64,000 bases of DNA from a virus, in the IMG/VR virus record IMGVR_UViG_3300037475_000240, positions 1 to 64,000 of that record; one strand, 5' to 3'. The notes below the pieces were generated by a model. That model was not told the DNA's origin and searched no databases. It saw only the letters and a list, made by a program, of their open reading frames with translations. Made by a program: the position numbers and the translations under genes. Below, piece after piece: positions 49,855-58,875 of the stretch. The stretch's first letter is position 1. Each line of letters opens with the position of its first letter.

Positions 49855-50769
49855 TTAACCTTTGTAATTTGCCATAAAATCAAAATTATCAGAAGATGAA
49901 AGATCATAATCTTCACTTAAATAACCACGATCCTGTCTCATTGGAAAGCCCATATCTTCAAGTAATTGTTGAACTTCGGCTTGTTCACGATCATTTAGCT
50001 TATATTTTTTAACTTGTCTTGAATATAAATCTTCAATATCATGACCAGCAGAAACTGTTCCATTAATACAAATTCTGGCAATTCTAGAAATCAATAATGG
50101 AACAGTTACAAAAACGCCTTGAACACCAGTAATTTTTTGTCCCTCTTTAACTAAAGAAGACTCAGAATCGGATTCTGCGCTTTTCTTTCTCTTGGACTTT
50201 TTCTTACTTTGCTTAACCTTATCTAATCTATCATGAAGTTTTGCAATACCATTTTCAATTTGGGCGCGAACTTCCTCAATTTTATTGGCATCTAATTCGC
50301 CATCAACATCTAATCTCATAGCTTTAGAAATTTCCGAATCCAATTTATCTAAATAAGAAACAGCTCTCTCTAATCCTGCTGTATCATAACCTGAATGTTT
50401 TGGAATGCTATCAATTCTTTCTTTAACCCAAGAAATAAAACCCTCAGATCCTTTTGAAGACCAATCCCATTTTTCTGGCTTCTTAGATTTTGCTTCATTT
50501 TCATCTTCTTTATCTTTTTTATCATCTTCCTCAATAACCTCTAATAAAGGTTCTGGATCAGAAGTGCCTCTTGGAGCACCAGGCAGATCATCAATAACAA
50601 TAGAAATTTCACCAGGTTCATTAACTTCTAATGGGCTCATGTCAAAATGAGATCCTACTTCAGCAGGACCATCTATAATTTCTAATGGAATCATAGACAT
50701 CTCATGATTATTCATGTCTGGTGCTGGTTCAAGTACTATTAATTCTTGGGCGGTGGTTTCAAATGACAT
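49855..50769 (-). CDS. Hypothetical acidic head-region protein
   Basis: GAGG SD and promoter motif upstream. Confidence 0.7.
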   Translation of the reverse strand: MSFETTAQELIVLEPAPDMNNHEMSMIPLEIIDGPAEVGSHFDMSPLEVNEPGEISIVIDDLPGAPRGTSDPEPLLEVIEEDDKKDKEDENEAKSKKPEKWDWSSKGSEGFISWVKERIDSIPKHSGYDTAGLERAVSYLDKLDSEISKAMRLDVDGELDANKIEEVRAQIENGIAKLHDRLDKVKQSKKKSKRKKSAESDSESSLVKEGQKITGVQGVFVTVPLLISRIARICINGTVSAGHDIEDLYSRQVKKYKLNDREQAEVQQLLEDMGFPMRQDRGYLSEDYDLSSSDNFDFMANYKG

Positions 50770-50832
50770 TTATGGTACCTCAAACAAAATCTTATTCTTT
50801 CATATGCATTTATATGTACAAATAATATTTTG

Positions 50833-51420
50833 TTAAAATGATATATTATCGAACAAAGTGTTACCAGAATCGGTTATTCCATAGTCAGCAGACCTATCGC
50901 TAATAGTTTTATCAGCATCTAATTCTGCAGGGTCCATGCCATCTGGAAGTCCTAACAAAGGTGTCTGAGTGGGTCTAATGACCTTCTCTAATTTTTCTTC
51001 TATATTTTTTGGATCAGATTCATCATTTTGATAATCCCTTCCAAAATCCAATTTATCTGGACTTTTATCTTCTTGATCATTAAATGGAAGATATTCATCA
51101 GCAATTCCACCAAATGGTAAAGAAACCTGTATTATACCTGATTCATCAGGAGTAATAGGATTTTTTATTGATTCATCTAAAGGAAAATCAATAGCTTGCT
51201 TTAAAATTGCTTTTAATATTTTTATCCTTAAAGCAGCTTTCTTTTTCCCCTTATTTCTTTTTCTTTTCTTTTTAAGAAAATCAGCTACACTTTTGTATTT
51301 ACTCATATTTTGATAAAGACCGGCACCTGGACCAGTATTATTTTCATATAGATCGTAATTTTTAAATAGAGGCTCATCAAAACGTGCTTTATCTAATTCA
51401 TGATTTTTATTTTTTGGCAA
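50833..51420 (-). CDS. Hypothetical protein
   Basis: AGGAGG SD; overlaps the nucleotidyltransferase stop. Confidence 0.7.
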   Translation of the reverse strand: MPKNKNHELDKARFDEPLFKNYDLYENNTGPGAGLYQNMSKYKSVADFLKKKRKRNKGKKKAALRIKILKAILKQAIDFPLDESIKNPITPDESGIIQVSLPFGGIADEYLPFNDQEDKSPDKLDFGRDYQNDESDPKNIEEKLEKVIRPTQTPLLGLPDGMDPAELDADKTISDRSADYGITDSGNTLFDNISF

Positions 51421-52180
51421 GAATACCTCCTTTTACATTTTTTATATAATATGGATATACAATTTCTGTAATAGGAATATAATTCCATAAATTCATTTTA
51501 GTTAAATAAAACGAGGCTTTATCAGGATTTTTAGCAAAAGCTTCATTTAATTTTTCTGACATTACTTTATTTGTAGAAATTTTAACAGATTCAGGATGTT
51601 GTTTGACATATTTAACTATACTTTCATCAATATTAAAATCTAATTTACAAGCTAAATAAATGGCTCTAATAACCCTATTCCTATTTGTAGTTAAAGTAAT
51701 TTCTGGATCTAAACAAGTTTTAATTAATTTAGCGTCAATATCCTTAAATCCTTTATGTGTTGGATCAATAACATTTTTTAAATCTAAAGATAATAATAAA
51801 GAATTACAGGTAAAATCTCTACTGAACATTTCTTTTTGCATTTCAGTAGGCTTATTTATACCTATTTTATTTAAATAAGTATTAATATTAGGTACATTAT
51901 AATTTGATGAAAAATCTATTTTTAAATTACCAATAAAAATAGTGCTATGTCCATCTGACATAGTTTTTCTTTCTACATTATATTTTTTCTTTAATTCAGC
52001 ACTAAATTCTTGCGAAAGATATTCTACAGTTTTATCACCAGTAGTTAGATCAATATCAGCAATATTTTCTAAATGTTTTAAATAACGATCACGAGGCGTA
52101 CCGCCACAAATGTAGCAAGGAGATGCTCCAGTTTTTTCTTGCACGCTTTGTAGTTGTGAAAGTAGTTCTTTTAATTTCAT
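51407..52180 (-). CDS. Divergent poly(A) polymerase/CCA-family (class II) nucleotidyltransferase, short
   Basis: CGGTPRD, DID, SRDFTCNS; EDxxR replaced by TNRNR; 257 aa. Confidence 0.8.
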   Translation of the reverse strand: MKLKELLSQLQSVQEKTGASPCYICGGTPRDRYLKHLENIADIDLTTGDKTVEYLSQEFSAELKKKYNVERKTMSDGHSTIFIGNLKIDFSSNYNVPNINTYLNKIGINKPTEMQKEMFSRDFTCNSLLLSLDLKNVIDPTHKGFKDIDAKLIKTCLDPEITLTTNRNRVIRAIYLACKLDFNIDESIVKYVKQHPESVKISTNKVMSEKLNEAFAKNPDKASFYLTKMNLWNYIPITEIVYPYYIKNVKGGILAKK

Positions 52181-52190
52181 TCATCATCGC

Positions 52191-53960
52191 TTAGACTGGT
52201 GGTGCTGGAGGAATTTTTGGAGCTGGTGGCTTGATAGGAGCTTCAGGTACAGCTAAATCTTCACTTATCTCTACTTCAGGTGTTTCTTTTTGTGCATTAT
52301 CAAGCTCAGAATTTTGTTGTTGTTTTCTTTGCTCTTTGCGTGCTTTTTCCTTATCTTCATTTTGTTTAAGTGTATTTTTAATGCCTTGAACAGCTGGATT
52401 ATTTTCTTGTTCATTACCTCTTAAATCAATATCTTTAGTTTCCATCGCACCACGTAATTTAGAGATAATATCTTCTACACGAGTAGAAATATAATTATTA
52501 GATTCCAATGCCTTATTAGTTGCCTCAGAAAGTGAAGGGAAAAATGAAGCTAACCCTAAACTATCCAACATCATATCAACAATAGATAATTGTCTTGGAA
52601 CTTCTCTAGTTTTAAAAATTTTAGCTAAATCTTCTAATTTAGCAACAACATCATTAATAGATAAATTAGCAAAGGCTGCATCAATCATATGATCGAAATC
52701 TTTTGCTGTTGCGGCTGGTGTATCTGTTTTACTTACTACATCATCTTCATTTACTTCTAATGGTGCCTCTCTTTTAACAACATCTTTTGGTTCAGCACGT
52801 GGAGGAGGTATTTCTTGAGCTTCAGTAATTAAAATTTCATCATTTACTTCTAAATCATCAACATCACTTACATCAGCAATGTCATTTTTATCTTCTTTAG
52901 TAGTAATTTTTCCTGTGTCCAAATTTTCTAAAAATTTATCAATAGCCTTTGATTTTGGAGGATTATTGGGAGCACTATCTGGGGGATTTTGTGGCATACC
53001 TGGTCCAACTGATGGTAATCCGCCGGGTGCACCAGAAGCATTACCTGGAGGAGCAGGAGGAGTCACAGGAGGTGATTTGTCCGTTGGTTTGGCTGATGGG
53101 GCTCCTTCTTCCTCGGCAACAGAATATAATAACTCAGAAGCTTTTACAAAGCCCTTTTTATTAAGCATATTAGCTTCACGAATAATCATATCTTCATAAA
53201 GTTTAGTTGATGTACTTAACTTATTAACAAGTTGAACTTTTTTCTTTAAATTATAAATAGCTTCCATTAAAGATTCTAATTCTTTGCCTGCAAACATTTG
53301 ACCATCTTGCGATCTTAATAGTTTTTCAGCAGAATCTAATCTTCCAATAATTTTGTGTCTTTGTTTTTCAATTATTTTTTTCTTTTCGGAAGTGGGCATT
53401 TGTTCGGAAGCATCATCACGTGCAAAATCAATATCTTTACCACTAACAGTAGGTTCTGGTTCTTTTGGTTGATCTTTTTTAATATGTAAAAAATAACCGG
53501 GCTCGCCATTTTCATACCATAATTGAGCTGTTTTATATTTCAAGTGAGTGCCCTCTTCATAGAATTTAAGCCAGTTAAGAAAGTCATAAGTCTCCATTAA
53601 GTTCCAACCAGATGTTATATGGCGAATAGCGTGGCGACGATTAATGCCATCTCTTTCTTTACTATATACGTCTTTAACGGCTTGTAACCACTTTTGAGTA
53701 TTATGCTGACCAGGCACATACATATAATAATCATTATTTGGATAAGCATCTTTTTTATTAAAATTTAATTTAGGTATTTCATCTGGATTATATTTTTCAT
53801 AATCCATTCCGGTTTCATTAAAAAAGTTTAATAATTTTTCAATTTTAGCTTCTAAATGAGCTGGAACATCTGCTGAGCTAGGCTCTGATAATACATTATC
53901 AAAATCCTCAACTGGAGATTCCCAAACATTAATATTTTCAGTAGGCGATGTTTTAGTCAT
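52191..53960 (-). CDS. Hypothetical head-region protein with Pro-rich linkers (589 aa)
   Basis: Long ORF in the operon. Confidence 0.7.
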   Translation of the reverse strand: MTKTSPTENINVWESPVEDFDNVLSEPSSADVPAHLEAKIEKLLNFFNETGMDYEKYNPDEIPKLNFNKKDAYPNNDYYMYVPGQHNTQKWLQAVKDVYSKERDGINRRHAIRHITSGWNLMETYDFLNWLKFYEEGTHLKYKTAQLWYENGEPGYFLHIKKDQPKEPEPTVSGKDIDFARDDASEQMPTSEKKKIIEKQRHKIIGRLDSAEKLLRSQDGQMFAGKELESLMEAIYNLKKKVQLVNKLSTSTKLYEDMIIREANMLNKKGFVKASELLYSVAEEEGAPSAKPTDKSPPVTPPAPPGNASGAPGGLPSVGPGMPQNPPDSAPNNPPKSKAIDKFLENLDTGKITTKEDKNDIADVSDVDDLEVNDEILITEAQEIPPPRAEPKDVVKREAPLEVNEDDVVSKTDTPAATAKDFDHMIDAAFANLSINDVVAKLEDLAKIFKTREVPRQLSIVDMMLDSLGLASFFPSLSEATNKALESNNYISTRVEDIISKLRGAMETKDIDLRGNEQENNPAVQGIKNTLKQNEDKEKARKEQRKQQQNSELDNAQKETPEVEISEDLAVPEAPIKPPAPKIPPAPPV

Positions 53961-53963
53961 AAT

Positions 53964-54719
53964 TTACTCGTTTAGTTTTTTACTAATGTTTTCATTAAGT
54001 AATTTAGCTTCAGCCAACCTGACTTCAGTTGGAATAATAGCTCTCTCGCTAGGTGGCTTTAATTTAGCCATTTTATCATTAAAAACTTCCATGAAATATA
54101 GAGAAGTTTCAAGATCCATTTGAGATAAAACTTCCTTAATTACATCATGAAATACCGTAATATGCTGATCTACTACTTGTAATGTAACATTATGTTGTAC
54201 GACTTGATCCGCTGGAGATTCAGTAAATTTATAATATTTTTCTAAAATATTACCAAGAACTTCAGTATATTCTATAAGAAGTCTATCTATTCTAGTATTT
54301 ATATTTCTAGGATCTTCTTGAATTTCATCGAAAACTTGTGCTAATCTAGTTTCAATAGCAACACATAAGCTTTTAATTGTTTTTCTAATATCTAATTCTT
54401 GACCAGCCGTTTTAAGCATAATATCTTTATAGGCTTGAGAATTATTTACAGCAAATTCTAATTGATCTTCAGTTGATTTATTAACTGCTAATTTGGTTTT
54501 AGCTATATCTTCTTGAATAATTGAATAAATATCTAAATAGTTATCTTGAAAAGATTTAATACTTTTCTCGGCAATAACAAATTTAGATTCACTTACATTT
54601 GTATATTTAGATGATAACCAATCATGCACATCCTTCGGGGAAAACCCCATAACTAATTTAGAAATAAATTCGTCTTTGTCAGGATGTTCTAAAATACGTT
54701 TCATTGAAGGTTTAGACAT
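53964..54719 (-). CDS. Hypothetical helical protein with possible N-terminal HTH (terminase small subunit candidate)
   Basis: HPDKDEFISKLVMGFSPKDVHDWL followed by coiled coil; probable start 54719; function is a guess from size and position. Confidence 0.4.
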   Translation of the reverse strand: MSKPSMKRILEHPDKDEFISKLVMGFSPKDVHDWLSSKYTNVSESKFVIAEKSIKSFQDNYLDIYSIIQEDIAKTKLAVNKSTEDQLEFAVNNSQAYKDIMLKTAGQELDIRKTIKSLCVAIETRLAQVFDEIQEDPRNINTRIDRLLIEYTEVLGNILEKYYKFTESPADQVVQHNVTLQVVDQHITVFHDVIKEVLSQMDLETSLYFMEVFNDKMAKLKPPSERAIIPTEVRLAEAKLLNENISKKLNE

Positions 54720-55617
54720 TTTTCCAATCACTTTCCCATATAGAAATAACATTAAATCCATTATTTTTCAATGTTATTTCTCTTTTTATTGTTTTTTCAT
54801 ATAAAAATTCAAAAGTTGTATTTGTACTTAAATTTATGTCTTTACTATTAAATTTTATAGGATTGCCGTGCCAATAATCTCCATAAAACTCATAAACAGT
54901 ATTTGTGTCTGGATTAAATCCATCAACCTTATAAAGTTTTTTATCAATATAAATATTGTATTGCCTATTTTCTTTTGAAATACTTAAACTATCAAGCCAT
55001 AGTATTTCTGATTTTGAGATATAATTTATACAAAATGGGCATCCTTGTCCTTGTAAATGATTACAAGGATTTTGATTAAAATAATTATTACATTTATTAC
55101 ACAATATATTAATTTTAATTTTACTGGAAATATAAATTATATTATCATAATTAAAATTATTTTTATGAACTATAATAGCTTGTTTAATAAACTCTTCCTT
55201 ATTTGAAAACTTAGAATTATAATAACATGTGGGACAACCATTACCATGTAAATGATTACCTGGAGTTTGATTAAAAATTTCGTTACATAAAATACAAATA
55301 ATTGGTATTTTAATGTCTTTATTTATAAAATTTTCTTTTGAAACTAATGAATAATTATATTTAAAATTATGAATAATATTAGCTTCATCAATAAAAACAT
55401 TAATATTTTTACGCTTTTTAGCAGAGTTTATTTTTATAGCACAACTTGGACAACCTTTACCTTGAAGGTGATTGTCTGGTGTTTGATAAAATTCACTATC
55501 ACATTGATTGCAAATTATTAGAACTTTTAATTTGCAATTAATATAATTAACCTTATCATAACAATATTTATCATTATGAATATTAATAGCTTTAGTTATA
55601 AATTTTTCTGGAGACAT
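54712..55617 (-). CDS. Putative homing endonuclease: three DUF723-like Zn repeats plus a C-terminal Vsr/PD-(D/E)xK-like nuclease
   Basis: Three F...A...H...Y.Y...I.C..C...F.Q.P.NHL.G.GCP.C repeats; VDG...YEFYGDYWHG...IWESDW. Confidence 0.8.
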   Translation of the reverse strand: MSPEKFITKAINIHNDKYCYDKVNYINCKLKVLIICNQCDSEFYQTPDNHLQGKGCPSCAIKINSAKKRKNINVFIDEANIIHNFKYNYSLVSKENFINKDIKIPIICILCNEIFNQTPGNHLHGNGCPTCYYNSKFSNKEEFIKQAIIVHKNNFNYDNIIYISSKIKINILCNKCNNYFNQNPCNHLQGQGCPFCINYISKSEILWLDSLSISKENRQYNIYIDKKLYKVDGFNPDTNTVYEFYGDYWHGNPIKFNSKDINLSTNTTFEFLYEKTIKREITLKNNGFNVISIWESDWKNV

Positions 55618-55635
55618 TACTCATAATATATCAAA

Positions 55636-56352
55636 TTATGGTTGGTTTGATTCGAGCCTTCCCTCGCGTGTATCAAAAATAGATTCAGTTGGGTTACTTA
55701 ATCCTTGGGTTTGATTTGCAACATCACCACCAGGAACTTTTGTGCCGTTATTTAACTCAAAACCTGTCTCAAAGTTATAAGTTTTCTTATCTAATTCACA
55801 TTGCCAAAAATGCTCACCAATACGAGAAATTTGAACTCCAGCATGATCTGGACAGTATCTTGTACTTAATGGAGCTTCTAAAATTCTATATTCTTTAGTC
55901 ATATTACTTTTATCAATAGCTTTAATTGATTCAGCAACTTTATTATTATCATCTATTTCTTCTTTAGCACTATGATATTTTTTTTTAAGCTCTTCTAATC
56001 TAAGATCTTCAGCAGCTTTTTTATCTTTTAAAGCATTTGGAGGTGCAGCAATTGTAAGTAATAATTCATCTAATACAGAAGCCTGTTTCATAAGTTCAGG
56101 ATCTCCTGATGAATCTAGGGCTGATGCTAAGTTAGCAATTCCTTCAATTGATTCTTCAGTAATTAAAGATTCTTCTGGAGGCTCAATAGATTCAACTTTA
56201 GTGGCAGCTTTCTTTAAAGCAGCAGCAGCGGAAACACATGATTCTGCAACAACTTTTAAGCATTGTTCATCATACTCAGCTAGTAATAAAGCTTCATTAT
56301 CTGGGCTTTCCAACCAAGATGCTATTGAATTTAATAGTTCTGCAATTCTCAT
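55636..56352 (-). CDS. Hypothetical head-region protein with C-terminal Cys/His motif
   Basis: AAGGAG SD; TRYCPDH...WQC. Confidence 0.7.
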   Translation of the reverse strand: MRIAELLNSIASWLESPDNEALLLAEYDEQCLKVVAESCVSAAAALKKAATKVESIEPPEESLITEESIEGIANLASALDSSGDPELMKQASVLDELLLTIAAPPNALKDKKAAEDLRLEELKKKYHSAKEEIDDNNKVAESIKAIDKSNMTKEYRILEAPLSTRYCPDHAGVQISRIGEHFWQCELDKKTYNFETGFELNNGTKVPGGDVANQTQGLSNPTESIFDTREGRLESNQP

Positions 56353-56361
56353 AAGTGCTCC

Positions 56362-57252
56362 TTAAACAGTCTCTTCAAAAAGATGTGCATTAGTTGGTTG
56401 TAAATCTTTGTGTCTTTGTAAAATTTGCTTTATTTCTTCTCTGACAGCCAAACCATCTACTGGACTATGCCCTCTATTTAAGGCATTAATAACGCTAGTT
56501 ATTTCTTCTCTAAGAACAGGATCATGCTCAAATACTGTATTCCAGTCTTCTTTTGAAGACAGACCATAATCATCACCATGTTGTCTTAAAAAGTCTATAA
56601 TATCATTATGAGCTAAAGGCGCACGTTGGGGCGCAAATCTTTCAGGATTTTCTTGATTAATATCAACATCAGGAGAATCATGGGTAAATTTCTCTGGAGA
56701 CATAACTTCCAATTGTTTAAGCTCATCTAACATTGTACTAGATAAACTTAATATTCTAGATAAACCTGTTCTCGCTTTTCCTTGCATATCATTTCTAACT
56801 TTAATATCATGTCTTCTAACAACTGGCATCAACTCAAATATTAAAGCAGAAACATGTGGAAACTGTGTGGCAACTAAATCAGAAGGAGACTTTTTAGAAA
56901 GTTTTCCATCAACACCAAAGGTTAAATCTTTATTACCATCAATTAAATTAACAATATGAAGTAATACTTTTCTAATCTCACCCAAACTAAAAGTATGGGC
57001 ATTGTTTTTTAAATACTCAATTAAATCTAATAAGTTTTTACAAAACTTATATCCTGCAATAGCTTTTTTTTCATGAGGAGTTTTGGCTTTCCCGGCTCCA
57101 GAATCAGCACAAGCTTTAAGAACAGGAAATAATTTATTAGGATAATTCCAAAGTACAGAAATTTGCTTGCGCAAGGAATTTTCTATATTTCCTGCATCTT
57201 CCGCAAATTTATATTTAGCAGTAAGTAAAGTTGCTAGTCTATATATTCTCAT
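56362..57252 (-). CDS. Hypothetical protein
   Basis: 296-aa ORF in the operon. Confidence 0.7.
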   Translation of the reverse strand: MRIYRLATLLTAKYKFAEDAGNIENSLRKQISVLWNYPNKLFPVLKACADSGAGKAKTPHEKKAIAGYKFCKNLLDLIEYLKNNAHTFSLGEIRKVLLHIVNLIDGNKDLTFGVDGKLSKKSPSDLVATQFPHVSALIFELMPVVRRHDIKVRNDMQGKARTGLSRILSLSSTMLDELKQLEVMSPEKFTHDSPDVDINQENPERFAPQRAPLAHNDIIDFLRQHGDDYGLSSKEDWNTVFEHDPVLREEITSVINALNRGHSPVDGLAVREEIKQILQRHKDLQPTNAHLFEETV

Positions 57253-57254
57253 GA

Positions 57255-58856
57255 TTATCCAAAGATTTTGGAGTTCATGAATGTAGCACCATCGTAGGTC
57301 TCATCCATGCCTCTTCTGTAAAGAGGACGGCAATTACCATCCTTGTCTTGATAGACCTTATGAATTGGTAAGTTTGTATGACCGCATACTGGGTGTTGAC
57401 TGCTGGCACTCTTTAAAATCATGCAGCATGTAGACTGTGCAGAAGATTCTTTTTTTCCAGAAAGACCATCCATGTAAATTTGGAATCCTGTTGCATAAGC
57501 CTTTTCATCACCACAATTAGCTAATACATTTAAAGCATCTTCAGCCTTAGCATGATTGCTTTCGCCCAAAGCAACTCTAATATTATTTACTAAATCACTT
57601 GGTTTAAGAGAAAATTGAGGAGATGCAACGGCAGCGGCTTTATAATCTGATGCATTTTTTGCACGTAATTCATTAATAGAGTCAGCGGTAAATGGTGCTA
57701 CACTTCCATTACACAACATAACTGATGGAATCATTACTTTACTATTAGTAATTTTTACTGGTACAGTGAAAGCAATTTTACCACCATCAACAGCTACACT
57801 GTAAAATACAGTATTTTTATCGTTCTTTGCAACAACAACTTGTGGATTCTTAAATCCAAAGCTAAACAATTCTCTATTTAAATAAGAAATGCCTGCAGTT
57901 ACAGCCGTTCCGAATTCAAAATAAGCTTGACCATGTGGTGAAGCTAATTGTTCTTCGAAAGTAGAAAAATCTTTGTGTTGTGGAACACTTACATCAGAAA
58001 CAGATTCTGCAATTGTAAGTCCAACAATTTGATTTGCAGAAAACTCAGTGTTTCCTTCTCTTTTAGCATTTAATCTAGTTAATGCTAATTCAGTATCAGA
58101 AACTTCTCTGTTCTCAGACGCAGCTTTTGTTAATACATCTAAAATATTAGATCCACTAATTTTAAGCTTATTTCCAGCAAAACTAGTTAAATAAGACTTA
58201 ATAGTTACATGATTTAAATCTTGAGGACCAGCATTTCCCATAAATACTGAAGCTTCTACAATTTTATTTCCATTAACTTCAACAGGAACATAAAAGCTAG
58301 TTACGCCTTTTGGGGTTTCATAGTTGGCTTTAATTACTAAAAATTTATCACTACCACTATCAACTTCAAGTTGAGATGGTTTTAAATTCCAAGCATCTAA
58401 AGTAGATGCTACAGATTTAATTGCTTTATCAGCAAGATTTTGTGAATACATCTTAAGAGGACCATCACTAAATACGCTGGTAAGTGCATTAGCTAATATT
58501 GGATCAGCTACTTCATATGCCTTAACTTCAGCAGTAGAGTCATCTCTTTTATAAGTTGTAACTGAAGATGACTCCTCTTGTAAACCTAATTCATCTTGAA
58601 ATAGTTCAGCGAATTTTGTATTGCGAGACCAAAGTTTAGAATAAAGGGACTTTAAATCAGCTTTACGAATAAAAAGGGTATTATTTGATGCCATTTTGTT
58701 AATGACAGTTGCCATAGCCCCTAAAGTTTGATCATGAGGATATGCATCCACACACTTTGCTAATTTGGCAGAAAGAACTGGAGTTGCTAATTTTTCATTA
58801 TCATCTAAGTTCTTAGATATAAAACCAATTAGTTGATTTATTTTTTCGTGGCTCAT
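57255..58856 (-). CDS. Hypothetical protein (533 aa) with an internal duplicated domain
   Basis: SFYVPVEVNGNKIVEASVF vs AFTVPVKITNSKVMIPSVM; AGGA SD. Confidence 0.7.
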   Translation of the reverse strand: MSHEKINQLIGFISKNLDDNEKLATPVLSAKLAKCVDAYPHDQTLGAMATVINKMASNNTLFIRKADLKSLYSKLWSRNTKFAELFQDELGLQEESSSVTTYKRDDSTAEVKAYEVADPILANALTSVFSDGPLKMYSQNLADKAIKSVASTLDAWNLKPSQLEVDSGSDKFLVIKANYETPKGVTSFYVPVEVNGNKIVEASVFMGNAGPQDLNHVTIKSYLTSFAGNKLKISGSNILDVLTKAASENREVSDTELALTRLNAKREGNTEFSANQIVGLTIAESVSDVSVPQHKDFSTFEEQLASPHGQAYFEFGTAVTAGISYLNRELFSFGFKNPQVVVAKNDKNTVFYSVAVDGGKIAFTVPVKITNSKVMIPSVMLCNGSVAPFTADSINELRAKNASDYKAAAVASPQFSLKPSDLVNNIRVALGESNHAKAEDALNVLANCGDEKAYATGFQIYMDGLSGKKESSAQSTCCMILKSASSQHPVCGHTNLPIHKVYQDKDGNCRPLYRRGMDETYDGATFMNSKIFG

Positions 58857-58875
58857 TTAGCGTCCTATATTATGG

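Noticed and set aside
23998-52180. The two nucleotidyltransferases as a classic split CC-adding plus A-adding pair
   Set aside because: The first has the full loop and EDxxR of a complete CCA enzyme; the second lacks EDxxR, which CC- and A-adding enzymes normally keep. Not excluded without an assay.
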